64,000 nucleotides of DNA from Octopus vulgaris (taxonomy: Eukaryota), in contig OX597814.1 of assembly GCA_951406725.2 (NCBI GenBank), positions 206,088,001 through 206,152,000 of the forward strand, read 5' to 3'. The notes beneath the pieces are model-generated. The model saw only the letters and a list, made by a program, of their open reading frames with translations. It was not told the DNA's origin and ran no database searches. Every line of letters begins with the position of its first letter. The stretch's first letter is position 1. Shown here in pieces: positions 47,658 to 64,000 of the stretch. Both the position numbers and the translations under genes were made by a program.

Positions 47658-48790
47658 AATAATAAGATTTATAATAATAATAATAATAAAAATAATAAAA
47701 AGAAGAATAATATTATAATAATGATAGTAATAATAATAATGAAAAAATAATAATAAGAATAAAAAGAAAAATAATAATAATAAGAAGAAGAAGAAGAATA
47801 ATAAAAATTTCCGAAAATTTTACCCAAAAATTTCACCGAAATTTTTCGAAAATTCTTGCCGAAAATTTTACCCAAAAATCTATCGAAAATTTTGTCCAAA
47901 AAATTTCACCGAAATTTTTCGAAAATTCTTGCCGAAAATTTTACCCACAAAATTTTCGAAAATTTTACCCAAAAATTTTCACCGAAATATTTCGAAAATT
48001 TTTGCCGAAAATTTTACCCAAAAATTTTTGGAAAATTTTCACCAAACTTTTTCGAAAATTTTACTCAAAAATTTTCCGAAAATTTTTACCGAAAATTTTA
48101 CCCAAAAATTTATCGAAAATTTTGGCCAAAAATTTTACCCAAAAATTTTTCGAAAATTCTAGCCGAAAATTTTACCCAAAATTTTTCCGTAATTTTTCGA
48201 AAATTCTTGCCGAAAATTTTACCCACAAATATTTCGAAAATTGTACCCAAAAATTTTCACCGAAATTTTTCGGAAATTTTTGCCGAAAATTTTACCCAAA
48301 AATTTTTGAAAAATTTTCACCAAAATTTTTTCGAAAATTCTTGCCGAAAATTTTACCCAAAAATTTTCACCGAAATTTTTCGAAAATTCTTGCCGAAAGT
48401 TTTACCCACAAATTTTCACCGAAATTTTGCGAAAATCTTTGCCGAAAATTTTACCCAAAAATTTTCAACCAAATTTTCCGTGCAAATTTTTGGGAAAAAT
48501 TTTACCCAAAAATTTCCACCGAAATTTTTCGAAAATTTTACAAAAAATTTTTCGAAAATTTTCCACGAAAATTTTCCCAAAAATTTTTCGAAAATTTTAA
48601 AATTTTCCCAAAGAATCTTTCGAAAATTTTACCCAAAAATTTTCACCGAAAATTTTACCCAAAATAATAATAATAATAATAAGGAATAATAGTAATAATA
48701 ACACCGATAATAATAATAATAATAATAAGATTAAGAATAATAATATTAATAATAAGAAGAATAAGAATAATAAAGAGAATAATAATAATC

Positions 48791-48827
<37 letters not shown>

Positions 48828-49235
48828 GACGAATAAGAAGAACAAGAATAATAATAATGATAATAATAATAATAATAATAATAATTAGATGAATAAGAAG
48901 AACAAGAATAATAATAATAAGAAGAAGAAGAAGAAGAATATTAATAAGAATATTAAGAATAATAATAAGAAGAAAAATTGTAATAATAATATTAATAATA
49001 AAAATAATAAGAAGAAGAAGAATAAGATAATAATAATAAGACGAAGAAAAATAATAATAATAAGAAGAAGAAGAATAATTATAACAATAATAATAAGAAA
49101 AATAATGAGAAGAATTTTAAGAATAATAATAATAATAGGAAGAATAATAATAATAAGAATAATAATACTAAGAAGAAGAAGAAGATAAATAATAATAATA
49201 AGAATAAGAATAATAATAATGAGAATAATAAGACT

Positions 49236-49276
<41 letters not shown>

Positions 49277-49378
49277 TAATAAAATGAAGAATAATAAGAA
49301 TAATAATAATAGTAATAATAATAATGAAAAAATAATAAGAAGAATAATAAGAATAATAAGAATAATAATAATAATAAT
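45822..49378. repeat. A4T4 satellite blocks (45822-47030, 47803-48662) alternating with AAT/AAG tracts (copy 58577-62322)
   Basis: ~12-13-bp subunits in a ~49-bp higher-order unit aaaattttacccaaaaattttcaccgaaatttttcgaaaattcttgccg; inverted segment at about 46512-46660. Confidence 0.92.
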
Positions 49379-62322
<12,944 letters not shown>

Positions 62323-64000
62323 TGTTGGCCTTATTCCTAAATTAGAAATCATTAATCCTTTTTGACCATCTTATTTCAGTTATCCGTAACCTCCGCCTCA
62401 TAGACAGTTCGTCGTCGCAGGTATTGCAATTCAGGGGAAATAACTGATACACATTGTCATAAGAGTAATTCACCTTGACGGATTTAAACCACTGAATAAA
62501 TGAATCTTTTATGAATAAAAACATCAGTTGTCAACGTTCTCAGTCACATATTTAGCTTAGAACACAGTTAAAGAAAAGCACAGCGGGAGAGAGAGAAAGT
62601 GGTGCTGCTACTGTTGCTGGTTGTTGTTGTTGTTAAGCAACAAGACGGTTAAGGGTGATTAGGTGATGGTCTAGGGCTTAGGGCGGAGACCCCAGACCTT
62701 AGAAAAAAAATCTTTGGTCATCTTGTTGTAGTCGAGGGCTCTTCGTTGACGCCCGACACTATTGGGAGGTGGCCCTCGAGGTCGCTGGAAATAGAAATCT
62801 CCAGGTCCAAATTCTTGGACGGCTACTGTTGTTGGTGCTCGAGCTGGTGGTGGAGGTGGTGAAGGTGAGTGGATGTAGAAAAATAATTTTTTCGTGAATT
62901 GAACTAAATTTTTTTAATATCACCTATTACTTAACATATGCACATCCCAAACTTGCCATTCACTTCCGAAAGAAACCAATTTCCCCTTTGCCTGTCTTAT
63001 GCAGTGGCTATCCACAAATCACAAGGGCAGACATTTGATCGAGTGGGGGCTGTTCTTGCCTGAACCTGTATTCGGCCATGCTCAGCAACATGTTGCATTC
63101 TCAAGGGCTTGCAAATTATCCGATGCGTGACTTAAAGCTATCAACACTGACAAAGAAGGGAAGAGAAGAGCGATAACTTACACGAAGAACATAATCTGCA
63201 AAGAAGTAGTGGATTAAAAGATTTATGCAAATTGAAATGTGTATTGGCTCTGACCCATCGCATTGGCTTATAAGTTACCAACGATGTGGTTTGCAGCGTA
63301 TGCCATCATAATAATACTAAAATTCTATGGATGTTTGTTTGTACTCGAAATATCTCAGAAATAGTATATTTTATCTTAATCTTTTTTTTCTTGCATATTT
63401 ATTTTCATACTTAGCTTCGACAGTACAATATTTGTGACATTTTTGTGACATTATTAATGAAAAGGAGTAAACACTATTTTTGTCTATTTCTTGAAAAAAG
63501 AAAAAGCATAGCTTCCGTGACATCAACACACATACATACATACAGAATACATACACATATAACGAATGTGATGGGGTGTCAATCAACACAAACACACGGC
63601 CTCCATCTGTGACATATCGTGGCACTCCGTTGGCTCTGACCCATTGCATTGGCTTATAAGTTACCAACGATGTGGTTTGCAGCGTATGCCATCATAATAA
63701 TACTAAAATTCTATGGATGTTTGTTTGTACTCGAAATATCTCAGAAATAGTATATTTTATCTTAATCTTTTTTTCTTGCATATTTATTTTCATACTTAGC
63801 TTCGACAGTACAATATTTGTGACATTTTTTGTGACATTATTAATGAAAAGGAGTAAACACTATTTTTGTCTATTTCTTGAAAAAAAGAAAAAGCATAGCT
63901 TCCGTGACATCAACACACATACATACATACAGAATACATACACATATAACGAATGTGATGGGGTGTCAATCAACACAAACACACGGCCTCCATCTGTGAC
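62323..64000. repeat. Macrosatellite unit 3 (partial), with an internal 386-bp tandem duplication
   Basis: Restarts at tgttggccttattcctaaattag; 63244-63629 is repeated from 63630. Confidence 0.9.

Noticed and set aside
45951-48689. Long overlapping ORFs (MPKILPKNF..., up to 277 aa) in three frames
   Set aside because: Artefact of the A4T4 satellite, which rarely forms TAA, TAG or TGA on this strand.

Overview
Repeat-rich, AT-rich eukaryotic DNA. The repeat families (RTE LINE with a (GAT)n tail, tRNA-headed SINEs) resemble those of octopus, but the organism is an inference. Positions 1-34 kb hold the 5' part of a minus-strand PARP14-like gene: three in-frame coding exons (15400-15232, 11316-11080, 6360-6127) encoding tandem RRM-like domains, two candidate non-coding exons (about 32.2 and 33.3 kb), and a promoter-like cluster of GAS, IRF, kB, ETS and NF-Y motifs. 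The introns contain RTE, CR1, R4/Dong-like, CRE-like, Penelope (Naiad-like), Helitron and hAT relics plus SINEs. Notable structures: a perfect 221-bp-arm palindrome carrying a minimal hammerhead ribozyme with a U3-A8 core variant on both strands (1416-1867); two decayed hammerhead motifs with long stem II (34.5 and 36.0 kb); and two inverted RTE LINE copies flanking the first coding exon. From about 36.65 kb to the end lies a ~12.8-kb macrosatellite (two full units plus part of a third) made of Helitron/SINE/LINE fragments, AAT/AAG tracts and an A4T4-based satellite with strand switches. All calls were made by eye; no searches were run.
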